Assembly: GCA_963816355.1 (NCBI GenBank)
Contig: CAWFKH010000006.1
Coordinates: forward strand, 256,001-320,000
DNA: 64,000 bases
Source of the DNA: an uncultured Gemmatimonadales bacterium
GTDB lineage: Bacteria > Gemmatimonadota > Gemmatimonadetes > Longimicrobiales > RSA9
Direction: 5' to 3'
Part shown: piece by piece, positions 32,806-42,849 of the stretch
Numbering within the stretch: position 1 is the stretch's first letter
Layout: the number at the start of each line of letters is the position of its first letter
The notes under the pieces: generated by a model
What the model was told of the DNA's origin: nothing
What the model saw: the letters and a program-made list of their open reading frames with translations, nothing else
Databases searched by the model: none
Translations under genes and position numbers: made by a program

Positions 32806-33203
32806 CAGGAGCCCTCCGCGAATCGGTCCCGAAACGAGCGCGACCAGTTGAAGAGGTTGGAGCCGGTACTGAGGTCGGAAGTCGCCCGCCAGCTCCCATC
32901 GTGCGCCCACGAGAACATCGCCCATTCGCCCTCGAAAGGAGGCTGCGACTGCGCCTTGGCCTGGTAGCTCTGCGGCTCCTTACCATTGTGCACGAGTCCG
33001 ACAGGAACATAGAAGCCGTACGGAGGTGCACCCGGAAACCCCGTCGGGATCTGGAAGGCGGCGGCGACAGGATCCTCGTTCCAGCCGAGTCCAGTCGTCA
33101 CAGGCCAGATCCGCACCCACCGGCCCTCCGCCACGTACTCGACTTGCTCGTAGTGCCGACGTAACAGTGCCAGCTCCTGCTCGATTCGCTCGTCCATGAT
33201 CAT
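32805..33203 (-). CDS. Prokaryotic E2/UBC-like protein without cysteine (BubB-like)
   Basis: FQIPTGFPGAPPYGFYV and WAMFSWAH..W motifs; TGATG overlaps with both neighbours. Confidence 0.8.
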   Translation of the reverse strand: MIMDERIEQELALLRRHYEQVEYVAEGRWVRIWPVTTGLGWNEDPVAAAFQIPTGFPGAPPYGFYVPVGLVHNGKEPQSYQAKAQSQPPFEGEWAMFSWAHDGSWRATSDLSTGSNLFNWSRSFRDRFAEGS

Positions 33204-33463
33204 CAGCCGCGCTTGAAGCGCACCTTCTTCGAGAAGCCCATGCCGGGCTTGAGCTCGACTACCTCTCCCGGGCCGAGCGTCCGCTCGACGTTGTCCTTGT
33301 CGATCAGGATCGCGCCCTGCGACGGGTCCCAACCGCCGAGCTGGATGATCTGCTCGGTGGTGATGGTCGCGGCGTTCCAGGGGACCGGCGTCCCCTCGAT
33401 GTCGAGCGTGTACTTCGGCCCATCCCCCTGCTCAGGCTCATGTGCGCGAGCGGCTTCCGGCAT
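33203..33463 (-). CDS. Ubiquitin-like (multi-ubiquitin domain) protein (BubA-like)
   Basis: 86 aa with a beta-grasp-like pattern (LDIEG..ITTEQIIQLGG..VVEL), C-terminal RFKRG; GAGGAGG RBS. Confidence 0.82.
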   Translation of the reverse strand: MPEAARAHEPEQGDGPKYTLDIEGTPVPWNAATITTEQIIQLGGWDPSQGAILIDKDNVERTLGPGEVVELKPGMGFSKKVRFKRG

Positions 33464-33487
33464 CCCGTCCTCCTCTGTTCCGTGTGT

Positions 33488-33516
33488 AAGCTACCGTCAG
33501 CGGACATAGTAGCCAA
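33488..33516 (-). promoter_or_regulatory. Sigma70-like promoter for the Ubl-E2-JAB-E1 operon
   Basis: TTGGCT-17 bp-TAGCTT, preceded by a T tract, just upstream of the RBS. Confidence 0.5.
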
Positions 33517-33522
33517 AAAAAT

Positions 33523-34203
33523 TCAGAGTGTCAACTGGTCAGTCGAGGCGAGGGGGAAGATGGCGTCCAGCCGGATCTCTGCGACGACCGGGTTCACGTT
33601 GAAGATGTCGGCGATTTCCAGGTACGCAGCGTGCCGCTTCTCGGCCGGCATAACACGAACTCCAAGGCCCGATTCGACGGTGAAGCCTACCAACGCCTCG
33701 ATGACGAGGAGCTTTGGAAGAAGCAATGGCCCAATCATCATGTTGGCCTGAACCTCCCACCACTTTCCGTTGTAGCGAGACCCCGCTTCGCCATCCCGGC
33801 ACAGGACCTTCTCGCCCTGAACGTCCTCCGAGCTGTCGAACAAGGATGCCTCGTATGAATCATTGAACAGAGCCCCGTGCATCAGGCCATGCCCTGCTTC
33901 GTGTGCGAGCGTCGTCCTCAGCCGACGCTCAGCCACGCGGGACGGGTCTTCGTCGAGGTGCTTCGAGACGACTATCCGGCGCACACGCCCATCCTCGAAA
34001 ACGGTGCACCCGAGTACTCCGGCCGCCAGCGGCTCGGATTCGACCGCCAGGGAAAACTGCTTCTCGACGAATCGCTCGATGCGCACCGGACCTGGAGATG
34101 TCGGCAGGAGGCCGGTCGACTCGAGCGCATCCGTAGCGAGCCGCTCAACCGCCCTGGGGGAGTAGTAGGGGCGCTTGGGGCCGGCTCCGTGCCGGGGCGT
34201 CAC
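33523..34203 (-). CDS. ImmA/IrrE-family Zn metallopeptidase (CapP-like)
   Basis: RTTLAHEAGHGLMH and WEVQAN...LLLP. Confidence 0.88.
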   Translation of the reverse strand: MTPRHGAGPKRPYYSPRAVERLATDALESTGLLPTSPGPVRIERFVEKQFSLAVESEPLAAGVLGCTVFEDGRVRRIVVSKHLDEDPSRVAERRLRTTLAHEAGHGLMHGALFNDSYEASLFDSSEDVQGEKVLCRDGEAGSRYNGKWWEVQANMMIGPLLLPKLLVIEALVGFTVESGLGVRVMPAEKRHAAYLEIADIFNVNPVVAEIRLDAIFPLASTDQLTL

Positions 34204-34550
34204 TCGGCGCCCCGATTCTTCTTCAGCCGGTCCAGCATCTTCAGCAGCTCCTCACTACTCACGTCCTCCTCTACCATCCGCCGCAACGCGAATCCGTAGG
34301 CGGGGTTCGTGTGCGACTTCCGCTTCATCTCGTCCAACGGCGGTCGCGTGTCATACTCGTCCAGCGCCTCCGAGGTCGTTCCCAAGCTGCGGGCGATCTT
34401 CTCGAGCACGTCATCGGAAGGATAGCGCTTGCCCAGTTCGATGTCGGACATGAACGCCGCAGAGACATCGACCTCTCGCGACAGTTCGCGGAGCGACATG
34501 TCCGCAGCTTCCCGGAGTTCGCGGATCCGCTCTCCTAGAGTCGTCTTCAT
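34200..34550 (-). CDS. XRE-family HTH regulator (CapH/ImmR-like)
   Basis: LGERIRELRE..MSLRELSREVDVSAAFMSDIELGKRYPS; GTGA overlap with the peptidase. Confidence 0.92.
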   Translation of the reverse strand: MKTTLGERIRELREAADMSLRELSREVDVSAAFMSDIELGKRYPSDDVLEKIARSLGTTSEALDEYDTRPPLDEMKRKSHTNPAYGFALRRMVEEDVSSEELLKMLDRLKKNRGAE

Positions 34551-34689
34551 GTCAGCTACTGTAAGCGTACGCCATGGGGTGTGGCAAGTGGACTCTCCAC
34601 GCGGGCCAAACGAGACTGGTTGCGCCGGGCTGAGCGGCTCTTCCACCGTCGTGCTGTCCCCTCACCTTCCTCATAGTCCCCGGCTGAGC

Positions 34690-35019
34690 ATGTCAGGACC
34701 CGCCGAAGCCACAGACCGCCTCACCCCACCCGAGGCCGCCGCCGTCCTTCGCCTTCCCTATCCAGGCGGTTTCAACCGTGTCCGTCGCAGGCTCCAGAAG
34801 ATCTACGACCGGGCGACGAGTGGCTTGGGACAGCCGCCTCACGGGCTGACTCGGGCCCAGGAGCGCGCCTTCTCGCGCGAGCACATCCTCGTCGTGCCGG
34901 AGTGGGGCGGGGTGTCCTGGTTCGGCAGCGACTGGACCTATTCCCGACAGGCCTGCGAGGCGTGGGGCGCCGCTGAGTACCGCCGGGAAATTGGAGTCGA
35001 GCCCGCTTCCGTGGAGTAG
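34690..35019 (+). CDS. Hypothetical protein, possible excisionase-like HTH, divergent from the repressor
   Basis: LTPPEAAAVLRL start resembles MerR/Xis-type HTH. Confidence 0.5.
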   Translation: MSGPAEATDRLTPPEAAAVLRLPYPGGFNRVRRRLQKIYDRATSGLGQPPHGLTRAQERAFSREHILVVPEWGGVSWFGSDWTYSRQACEAWGAAEYRREIGVEPASVE

Positions 35020-35436
35020 CCCGCCCTTCCTTTCGGCTCCCGTCGTCCTCCCTCCGAGCGGAACTCCCGCGCTCAAGCTGTTGGGCCCCAACCAGATAGT
35101 CGCCTCCCTCCATTATCGAATCCTACCTTCCCATGCCCTTCGTCGACTCCACTACATCGCATGCGACCCTGCGCCACGCAGGAGACGCTGGGACAATGAA
35201 ATCCGCGATTCTCCCCCTGCACGCGGCCGCCACTCCAATCCGCTGTAGTCATTCCCGGGGCAGAGCCACCACAGAAAGAATGGAGCGGCGACGCTTCGAA
35301 GACCTGTCGGCACACCACTGCTTCTCGACCGGGATGCTGAGGCAGGCTGCGAAACGCTTGGACAACACGTCCAGCGGTTTCCGGCGTCCCGCGAGCAGCC
35401 CCGTAGACTGCAGCCGGATCGAATTGGAGGCCGCGG

Positions 35437-38400
35437 ATGTCTAGGCCCGGCGCGGCTCTCCGCTGGACGGATGAAGCCCTAGCCGAGCTTCGGGCGAAGC
35501 TCGAGCGGTGGGCTCAAGCTGAAACGGAGAGGAACGGATGCTTCTCAATCACGACGGCGACGGACGCGCTCCTCGAAGGGAACACGAACCGCGAACCGGT
35601 CTCATCGATCGTCAAGCAACTGGAGATCGAGGGGCTGGTCGAACGCCACGGCCGGCTGGGCTTCCGCTGGCTCGGCGTGACGCCCGGCAAGGTCCGGCGA
35701 AAGTCGAGGCCGTCTCGCTGGACTCCGGAGGCTCTAATCTCGCTCGAAACCCAGGTCTTCTCCTTCGCCACCCGGCGCACGCGAGAGCACGGCCATTTCA
35801 CCCGCGAGAATGCCGCCGAGGCACTGGAGGTCCCTGGGAACGTACTGAAGCCCATTCTGAGGCGTCTCGCGGAGAACGGCCGGGCGGAACGACTCGGCGC
35901 CTCGCTCGGCTACCGCGCCACCGGCGTGGAGGGGCCTGAGGTGAGCGCCGGACGCAAGGGCCCCGCGATCTGGACACCGGAGGCCATGACCAACCTGCGA
36001 AAGCAGGTGGAGCAACACGCCCGGGAGACGACCGTGGCACTGGGCGGATTCACCATCTCAGGGGCAACCGCCGGGCTGGTCGGGAAACGCAACAGCCAGC
36101 CTGTCGCTGCGATCGTACGGGCAATGGAGGACGAGGGTCTGGTCGGGTATCTGACGAAGGAACGTCGTTGGGTGTGGTTCGGGTTGGATCGCCCGGATCC
36201 GGAACCTGCCGAACCAGTCGTCTGGACGCCCACCAGGCTTGACCAGCTCCGCAGCGACGTCAGCGCGTACGCACAGGAGCAGTCCGCGCGCTACGGGCGA
36301 TTCACGATCGCGGGAGCCACTGAGACAATAGGGCTCGGCTACAAGGACCCGGTCTCGCGAATCGTGCACGACCTCGAACACCAGGGACGCGTGGTTGACC
36401 TGGGCGTACGACTCGGCTGGTACTGGAAGGGCGCCATGCGGCAGCGGGTGACGCTCGCGGAGCTGGTCGCTCTCTGCGTTGCCCACACTCCCCAGCTCCG
36501 GGGCGAGGCGAAGCCGCATCGGAAGCAGCGTCGGGGGCGCAAAGGCCTGGACAAGGAGCGCAACGTAAAGGAGCTGACCAAGGGCGAACTGGACCTGGTC
36601 CGCTGGGCAGCCGGAACGGTCGCCGAACACGCTGGCGAAGGCACACCGGCCAGCGTGGACAACGTGTGGTTCACCTGGGATCCGGCGGCGGATGGTGGAA
36701 CCGGGAACTGGACGATCCTGGGACATCTGCGAAAGTGGCTTCGTCATGCCACGCCAAACAGCCGAGCGAAGCAGGTTCGTGGCGCCGAGATCATGTGCGA
36801 CGTCGCTGCCACCCACGGCCTGCTCGAGCGCAGCACTCCGTCCGCGCTCCCGGCCGCCACCGCATACGCCGGCGAACTCCACACCCAAGTCGTCCACTTC
36901 GAAGGCCGGATCATGAAGGAGGACGCGCAGGCGAACCGGGCGACGGTCCGGCTGGGGCTCAAGGTTCTTGGCCGCTACCTCACCCGGATGCAGGTCCACC
37001 AATGGGATCATGAAGCCCTGCTCACGGCCCGGGAGCAGATAACGAGGGACTACCGAATCTGGCGGGACGCGGAGGAGGATTCAGCGGACCTGCGAACCGG
37101 CCTGCCGGCGCATCACCATGACGCTGCCCGGTACGTGTGGCGGCGACTCCCTGAGCTCCAGGAGCGGAAGGTCTGGTCGCTTGCTCGCGACACCCGCGTC
37201 GGGCTGTTCTCTAATCAGGCGATTGCGCGGCTCGTCGAGAGCGTGACCGCGAATCCGGCGGCTCCGAAACGGTGGGACTTCAGCGGCTTCGTGGACGATC
37301 GCGGAGAATATATGCGCGGGTTCATCGAGAGCCGGTTCGGGCTTCGCCGGTGGGTGACCTGGGTGACGTTGGAGCCATCCCAACTCGAGCACCACGGGCT
37401 GCCGCCACGCGCCTGGCCGCGGCCCAACGAAGGCCAGGAGGGCAAGATGCGGAGGGCCAGGCGACGGAAGGAGCAGTTGTTCCGTTGCCGGCCGACCACG
37501 CTGCGCTCCCGACTCGCCCGGATCTCCCTGATAGCTGGTTGGATGAGGGGGATGGGCTTCAACCCACGTTTCCATGACTTCCGCTTCATCCTCGATGATG
37601 AGCGCTTTGCGGCCTATGAGGAATGGCGGGAGACGCACCCGACCCAGTCGTCCTATGATCCCGAGACCGAGGCCGCCCGAAAGGTGAAGGGGCGCGACCA
37701 ACTCGCCCTGGACATGAGCCGGATCGCCAGCCCTTTCTGCGAGGCCGTGGCGCTGGCCCGCGGGTTCCAGGAGGTGGCCGACACGATGCAGGCTGCCGCA
37801 AAGGCCCTGAAGATCCGCGGCTATGAGCGGAAGCCGATCGAGAACGAGGTCAAGATCATCCGCGAAGTCTATCAGGCGTGGAGCGTCGGTAACCGGGACG
37901 GCTACCTCCGGCTGATAGATCTCGTCGATCTGATCCTCCAGGACGCGGCCGACCTGGAAGGCCGGAACCTGGAAGAGGCGGTCGCGGCGCTCCGTGATGG
38001 CTCCTTCACGCCTTCGTACACGTGGGCGCTTCGAATCCGGGACGCGGTGTTGATCCACTGCCTGCGGAAGATCCCGCTTCGAGCCCGCACGCTGTCATTG
38101 TTCGAGATGTCCGAGTGGCGCAATCACAGCGTCGACGGAACGCCTGTATCACGCCTGCAGAAGTGGGAGGCCGCGATCCAGTGGGTCATCGATCAGTCGA
38201 AGATGAAGACCCATCGGCGCGACTTCAGCCCGGCGTTCATCCACGAAGCAGACGTCGGCGATCCGGACGCTGAAGAGGACGCCTTCCGGATGCTGCTCGA
38301 AGCCTACTTCCGGCCGGGCGGCGCACGGGAGACCCTGCTCACGCCGAGTGAGAACGAGGCGGCGATAAAGTCCCGGTACGTGTTTCCCGCGCCGATCCGG

Positions 38401-38904
38401 TACGGAAAGAAGCAGGGCGAAAATCGGCGCTCGGAGAGCTCCTGGCGTGCGCCGTCGGTCACCGCCTGGTTCCGGCGGCTGGTCAAACGGTATGCAGGCC
38501 GGCTCGGTCTGGACTGGCATCGTCTCCGGAAGTTGCACGGCGCGACAGGTGTGCACGTGATCCGGCTCCTATTCGGATCGTACTGGGTCGGCCAGTCACG
38601 TTCGGAGATGGCATCTCTCTTCCTGGGACATACCGATCCGGGTTTCACAATCCGTCTGTACTCCGGCCGGGACGAAAGCAGCGGCGGAATAGTGCTCCGG
38701 GCGGAAGCCCGGAAGCGGCTTCCGGCCTCGTCCGCCGTACTCGAAGAACGGGACAGACTTCGGGATGAGCTCGAGCAGGAACGTGCGGCCAGGCAGTCGG
38801 CCGAAGACCGGAGCGTCCTTCTGGCGGAGAAGGTCTCCAGCCTCACGGAGCAGGTTGCCGAGCTGATAACGGTTATTCACGCGAAGGTAGGCGCGGCGGC
38901 CTGA
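35437..38904 (+). CDS. Giant tyrosine recombinase-like protein with four N-terminal repeats
   Basis: C-terminal IPLRART / KMKT / HVIR / LGHTD...RLY catalytic set; four WT-initiated ~84-aa repeats; coiled-coil tail. Confidence 0.8.
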   Translation: MSRPGAALRWTDEALAELRAKLERWAQAETERNGCFSITTATDALLEGNTNREPVSSIVKQLEIEGLVERHGRLGFRWLGVTPGKVRRKSRPSRWTPEALISLETQVFSFATRRTREHGHFTRENAAEALEVPGNVLKPILRRLAENGRAERLGASLGYRATGVEGPEVSAGRKGPAIWTPEAMTNLRKQVEQHARETTVALGGFTISGATAGLVGKRNSQPVAAIVRAMEDEGLVGYLTKERRWVWFGLDRPDPEPAEPVVWTPTRLDQLRSDVSAYAQEQSARYGRFTIAGATETIGLGYKDPVSRIVHDLEHQGRVVDLGVRLGWYWKGAMRQRVTLAELVALCVAHTPQLRGEAKPHRKQRRGRKGLDKERNVKELTKGELDLVRWAAGTVAEHAGEGTPASVDNVWFTWDPAADGGTGNWTILGHLRKWLRHATPNSRAKQVRGAEIMCDVAATHGLLERSTPSALPAATAYAGELHTQVVHFEGRIMKEDAQANRATVRLGLKVLGRYLTRMQVHQWDHEALLTAREQITRDYRIWRDAEEDSADLRTGLPAHHHDAARYVWRRLPELQERKVWSLARDTRVGLFSNQAIARLVESVTANPAAPKRWDFSGFVDDRGEYMRGFIESRFGLRRWVTWVTLEPSQLEHHGLPPRAWPRPNEGQEGKMRRARRRKEQLFRCRPTTLRSRLARISLIAGWMRGMGFNPRFHDFRFILDDERFAAYEEWRETHPTQSSYDPETEAARKVKGRDQLALDMSRIASPFCEAVALARGFQEVADTMQAAAKALKIRGYERKPIENEVKIIREVYQAWSVGNRDGYLRLIDLVDLILQDAADLEGRNLEEAVAALRDGSFTPSYTWALRIRDAVLIHCLRKIPLRARTLSLFEMSEWRNHSVDGTPVSRLQKWEAAIQWVIDQSKMKTHRRDFSPAFIHEADVGDPDAEEDAFRMLLEAYFRPGGARETLLTPSENEAAIKSRYVFPAPIRYGKKQGENRRSESSWRAPSVTAWFRRLVKRYAGRLGLDWHRLRKLHGATGVHVIRLLFGSYWVGQSRSEMASLFLGHTDPGFTIRLYSGRDESSGGIVLRAEARKRLPASSAVLEERDRLRDELEQERAARQSAEDRSVLLAEKVSSLTEQVAELITVIHAKVGAAA

Positions 38905-38979
38905 GACGGGGGCGCGGAAATCGGCGAAGCCGCCGCGGCCCGGTATGGCTGTCTCCGGCAACCTGAACCCGGAGGTCAC

Positions 38980-39237
38980 ATGCCGAGCCCCAGACGGTCT
39001 GTTCTGAATGAGCTGCCCACGCCTGCTCCGCTGCCCTTTCACGCGGATAAGGATCTGCCCAACCGTCGAGTCGAGATCATGGGTCACGCCGTCGACGATG
39101 TAGTGGGCTCGTTTGTCGAGGTCGTAGTCGGCGGCGACAGCGATGCTTCTGACGGGGACGTTCTGCGCCTCGCCGCTGCCGCCCGCCGACTGTGGAAGCT
39201 CGCGTCGGACCACCGCAGAGCGCGGTGGACCCCCTGA
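38980..39237 (+). CDS. Hypothetical protein
   Basis: GGAGG RBS; TGATG coupling to xseA. Confidence 0.5.
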   Translation: MPSPRRSVLNELPTPAPLPFHADKDLPNRRVEIMGHAVDDVVGSFVEVVVGGDSDASDGDVLRLAAAARRLWKLASDHRRARWTP

Positions 39238-40677
39238 TGGACAGGCGCACGGGGTCCGGCTCACCTCCCGCCGGCGCTGCCGCCGGGTGTTCGTCCACAC
39301 CTGTAAGTGAGAAGCTGGGGCGACGTCCGGAACGGCCTGTCCCGGTGGAACTCGCAGTGCGAGGAGCGGGGAAGGTGCTCGGGAAGAGGTTCGCGTATGA
39401 CCTTTGGTTCGAAGGCGAGCTTGTCGATCTCGTGATCGCGGCGGGTGGCCACGGATTCGGTGTCCTGCGAGGGAAGAATGCACGGATCGATGTCTACGTG
39501 GCCCCGCGGTTCATACGCAATTACGAACTGCCCCCGACTGGTTCGTTGGTGCTGGTCAGAGGCCGGTTACAGATCTGGGACCGTGGTGGCAGGTTCCAGA
39601 TCACAGCCTGCGGCCCATTGCTTCCGACGGATCTGACTGGCGCGCGGGCCGAACGAAGGAAGGCCGCCGAGCGACGATTGCGGACCGACGGCGTGCTGGA
39701 CCGCCCGAGTCGCCCCCTCCCTCGCTTCCCGGCGAAGATTGCCGTGGTGACGTCTGCCGACAGTGCCGCGATGCGAGACGTGCGTGCGACCATCGGCCGT
39801 CGAGCTCCCTGGGTCGGCATCTCGCTCCACAGCTGCGTCGTTCAGGGCCGTAGCGCCGCGGCCTCGATCGTCGCTGCGCTCGACTCCGCCGACGTCTCCG
39901 GTGCCGATCTCATTCTCCTGACGCGGGGCGGGGGCGCTCCTGATGCATTGATCCGTTCGATGACCCCGCAGTGGTCCGGCGGGTCGCGAGGTCGCAGCTG
40001 CCGATCATCGTCGCCGTCGGGCATGAGGGCGATTCCACGCTAGCCGATCGTGCCGCGGACCATGCGGCGTCGACTCCGACTGCCGCTGCGGAGGCAGCCG
40101 TACCCGACGGACAGGTCATCCGGCGCGAGGTGCTGGAACATCGCCGCCGCTTGCATGCGGCCGCCCACGCTGTCTGCTCTGCTGCGCGCGTCCGGTGCAA
40201 CCATGTCCGCGAAGCGACGCAACGGGCGGGCCGGCACCGGATCCGCCTCGAGCGTGAAAAGGTGCAGCGCGTGGCCCCCCATTCACTGAGTGCGACGCTG
40301 GTGCAGCTGCTCAGGTCTGATCGGAAACGTCTCATGCTGCTCGCGCCAGCGTTCGTCGGCTCACCACCGTTCTGGTACGTGAACAACGGCGCCGCGCATC
40401 CGCTTTGGCGCCCGATCTGATCGTAACGCATGGCGAGGCCGCGATCCGGACCGATCGGCGTCGGCTCGAGGAGATTCGCAGGGCTATTCAGGCGCTGTCG
40501 CCCGAGCATGTGCTGGCGCGCGGCTACGCTCTCGTTCTGGACATCCGCGGGCGAACTGTTCGCAGCCGCGATCAAGTCAGGCCCGGAGACGTTCTTCAGA
40601 TCCGACTGCCCGACGGCGAGGTCGCAGCCGTCGTTGCGGGTCCCTTGACCAGTGACCGCATAGGAGAGCACGAATGA
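39237..40677 (+). CDS. xseA: Exodeoxyribonuclease VII large subunit (two frameshifts, possibly sequencing errors)
   Basis: [29 protein letters not shown]...[18 protein letters not shown] across three frames. Confidence 0.85.
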
Positions 40678-40898
40678 TCGCGACAAGCAGGAATGGAAAC
40701 CGGACTCCCGTGACGGAGTTCGGTACGCACATGGCTGCGCTGGAAGGGCTCCGCCGGGAACTCGAGAGCGGGGACCTTGACCCTACGGAAGCCCTTGAAC
40801 GCTGCCGCGAGGCGGAGGCGCATTATCGCGCAGTGGATGCGATCCTCACAAGCGTCGAAAGGGAGATCGAGGACTTGCAGCGGGGAGACGAGAAGTGA
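40674..40898 (+). CDS. xseB: Exodeoxyribonuclease VII small subunit-like protein
   Basis: F...MAALEGLRRELESGDLDPTEAL; ATGA overlap with xseA. Confidence 0.75.
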   Translation: MIATSRNGNRTPVTEFGTHMAALEGLRRELESGDLDPTEALERCREAEAHYRAVDAILTSVEREIEDLQRGDEK

Positions 40899-41164
40899 GG
40901 CATGACCCCCGCTCGGAGGCACTCACCGCACGCGTGGAGCGTGTCGGGGTTCTCGGTCCCCCCTGGGGAGCGTGGTCAATCTGTGCTATCTGGGTTGACG
41001 CTAGCCGCTCGCCACGAGGGTCTCGCTCGGCAGGTACGGTCCGCGTAATAGGCTATGCCACAATCTCTTATCCGAAGAGGCGGTAGCGTTCCGCCTCCCA
41101 ACATCCCATTATCCACGCCAGTTGGCGGCATCCGTCGTTACGCAGACCTGAACCCCTGTCACCA

Positions 41165-42849
41165 GTGAAGTCACCGAAGCCGGTAGGGCGCCTCGAGCTC
41201 ACGTGGACCAACAAGCACCTGCGCCTGCTCGCACACGAGGACGGGTCCTACGAATGGGTCGAGCCCTCCGATCATCGCGTTGCGGAGGTTCGCCTGCTCC
41301 GGGATGCCGGACGGGTCGGCGACGAGGATGAGGGCGATGGGCCCGAGAACCTCCTGATCCGTGGTGACGCGCTCCACTCGCTGCTCAGCCTCTCCGCGCT
41401 GCCTGAGTATCAGGAGAAGTACGCCGGCAAGGTACGCCTCGTTTACATCGACCCTCCGTTCAATACCCAGCAGTCATTCCTCCAGTACGACGACGCTCTC
41501 GAGCACTCGGTCTGGTTGACGATGATGCGGGATAGGCTGTTGCAGACGCGGGATTTGCTTTCGATAGACGGGTCTGTGTGGGTGCACCTCGACGACTCCG
41601 AATCGGCGTACGCTCGCGTCCTTCTGGATGAGATCCTCGGGCGCGATAACTTTGTGGCCAGCATTGTCTGGGAGAAGACACACACGCGTGAGAATCGGAC
41701 GGACATATCCGTATCGCACGACTACATTCACGTTTACGCCCGTGATAAAGCAGTCTGGAAGTCCGCGCGGAACCTGCTCCCCGCGTCTAATACCCAGCTC
41801 GCTCGTTATACCAACCCTGACGACGATCCACGTGGCCCTTGGGCCTCCCTTCCGGCGCACGCCAAAGCAGAGAAGGGCCGCCGAGCTGAGCAGTATTACG
41901 ATGTTACGACGCCGTCTGGCCGGGTGGTGCGACCGCCGAAGGGCAGATGTTGGCTGTACACTCAGGATCGTTTTGAGGAGATGGTGTGTGACAGCCGAAT
42001 CTGGTTCGGGAAGATGGCGAAAACGTGCCCCGCGTGAAGAAGTTCCTGTCGGAGGTGCAGACTGGGCTGGTGCCAACCAGCATCTGGCCACACGGCGAGG
42101 TGGGCACAACGGGGACGGCCAAGGCTGAAGTCATGGCGCTCTTCCCCGACCTCCCGCCTTTTTCAACGCCGAAGCCGGAGGCTCTGCTCGAGCGGATTGT
42201 CCATATCGCCACGAACCCAGGAGACCTCGTGTTGGACTTCTTCGTAGGATCGGGCACGACTGCGGCAGTTGCGCACAAGATGAACCGTCGCTGGATAGCG
42301 GTTGAGCGGAGCGAGGAGACGGTGGCGGACTACACGCTTCCGCGCCTGCACGCGGTAGTCAGTGGCGAGGATGCCGGAGGAATCACCGCGTCGGTCGACT
42401 GGAAGGGTGGCGGTTCGTTCAAGATTGTGGACGTCGCGCCATCGATGTTCGCTGAGGTCAATGATGTCGTGGTTCTGGCCGAGTGGGCGTCTGGTGGCGA
42501 ACTGGCGGACGCGGCTGCGGCGCAGCTTGGGTTCGTTTACCGCCCGGAGCTATTACCGTTCTGCGCCCGTAAGGGCCGCTGTCGCCTGGCCGTAGTTGAT
42601 GGCCGCGTGAACCGAGCGGTAGTCGAGATGCTGTCTGGATTCTTGAACGATGACGAGACCATGCTCATTTGCGCGACGAGCCTGGACCCCGCCGCACGCG
42701 ATGCTCTTCCCCGCGGCAGCCGGCTCCAGAAGATCCCCAGCTCGATCCTCGACCGATACCGGCGCCAGTACCGAACCCGCCGCCGCTCCGAACTCGGCAT
42801 CGAGCCGGCGCCGGAGCCCGGCACCGAACAGGTGACCGCGAATGCCTGA
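41165..42849 (+). CDS. mod: Type III R-M methyltransferase (Mod); one frameshift near 42010
   Basis: LELTW, NLLIRGD, YIDPPFNT, TPKPEALLERI, LDFFVGSGTT. Confidence 0.9.

Noticed and set aside
31404..33463. ThiF/ThiS or MoeB/MoaD cofactor biosynthesis, or CBASS
   Set aside because: No thiamine or molybdopterin genes and no cyclase are present. An E2-like gene is present and the context is a defence island.
29161..41115. Recurring cgcc(t)cc...attatc motif near 29161, 35101 and 41092
   Set aside because: Short and degenerate; may be just -10-like elements and cannot be distinguished from chance without a statistical test.
39940..42030. Frameshifts in xseA and mod as programmed frameshifting or phase variation
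   Set aside because: The ones I traced (xseA ~39950, mod ~42010) are fixed by one base in a short homopolymer with no long repeat tract. Similar breaks occur in parB and the kinase, so long-read indel errors are more likely; raw reads are needed.
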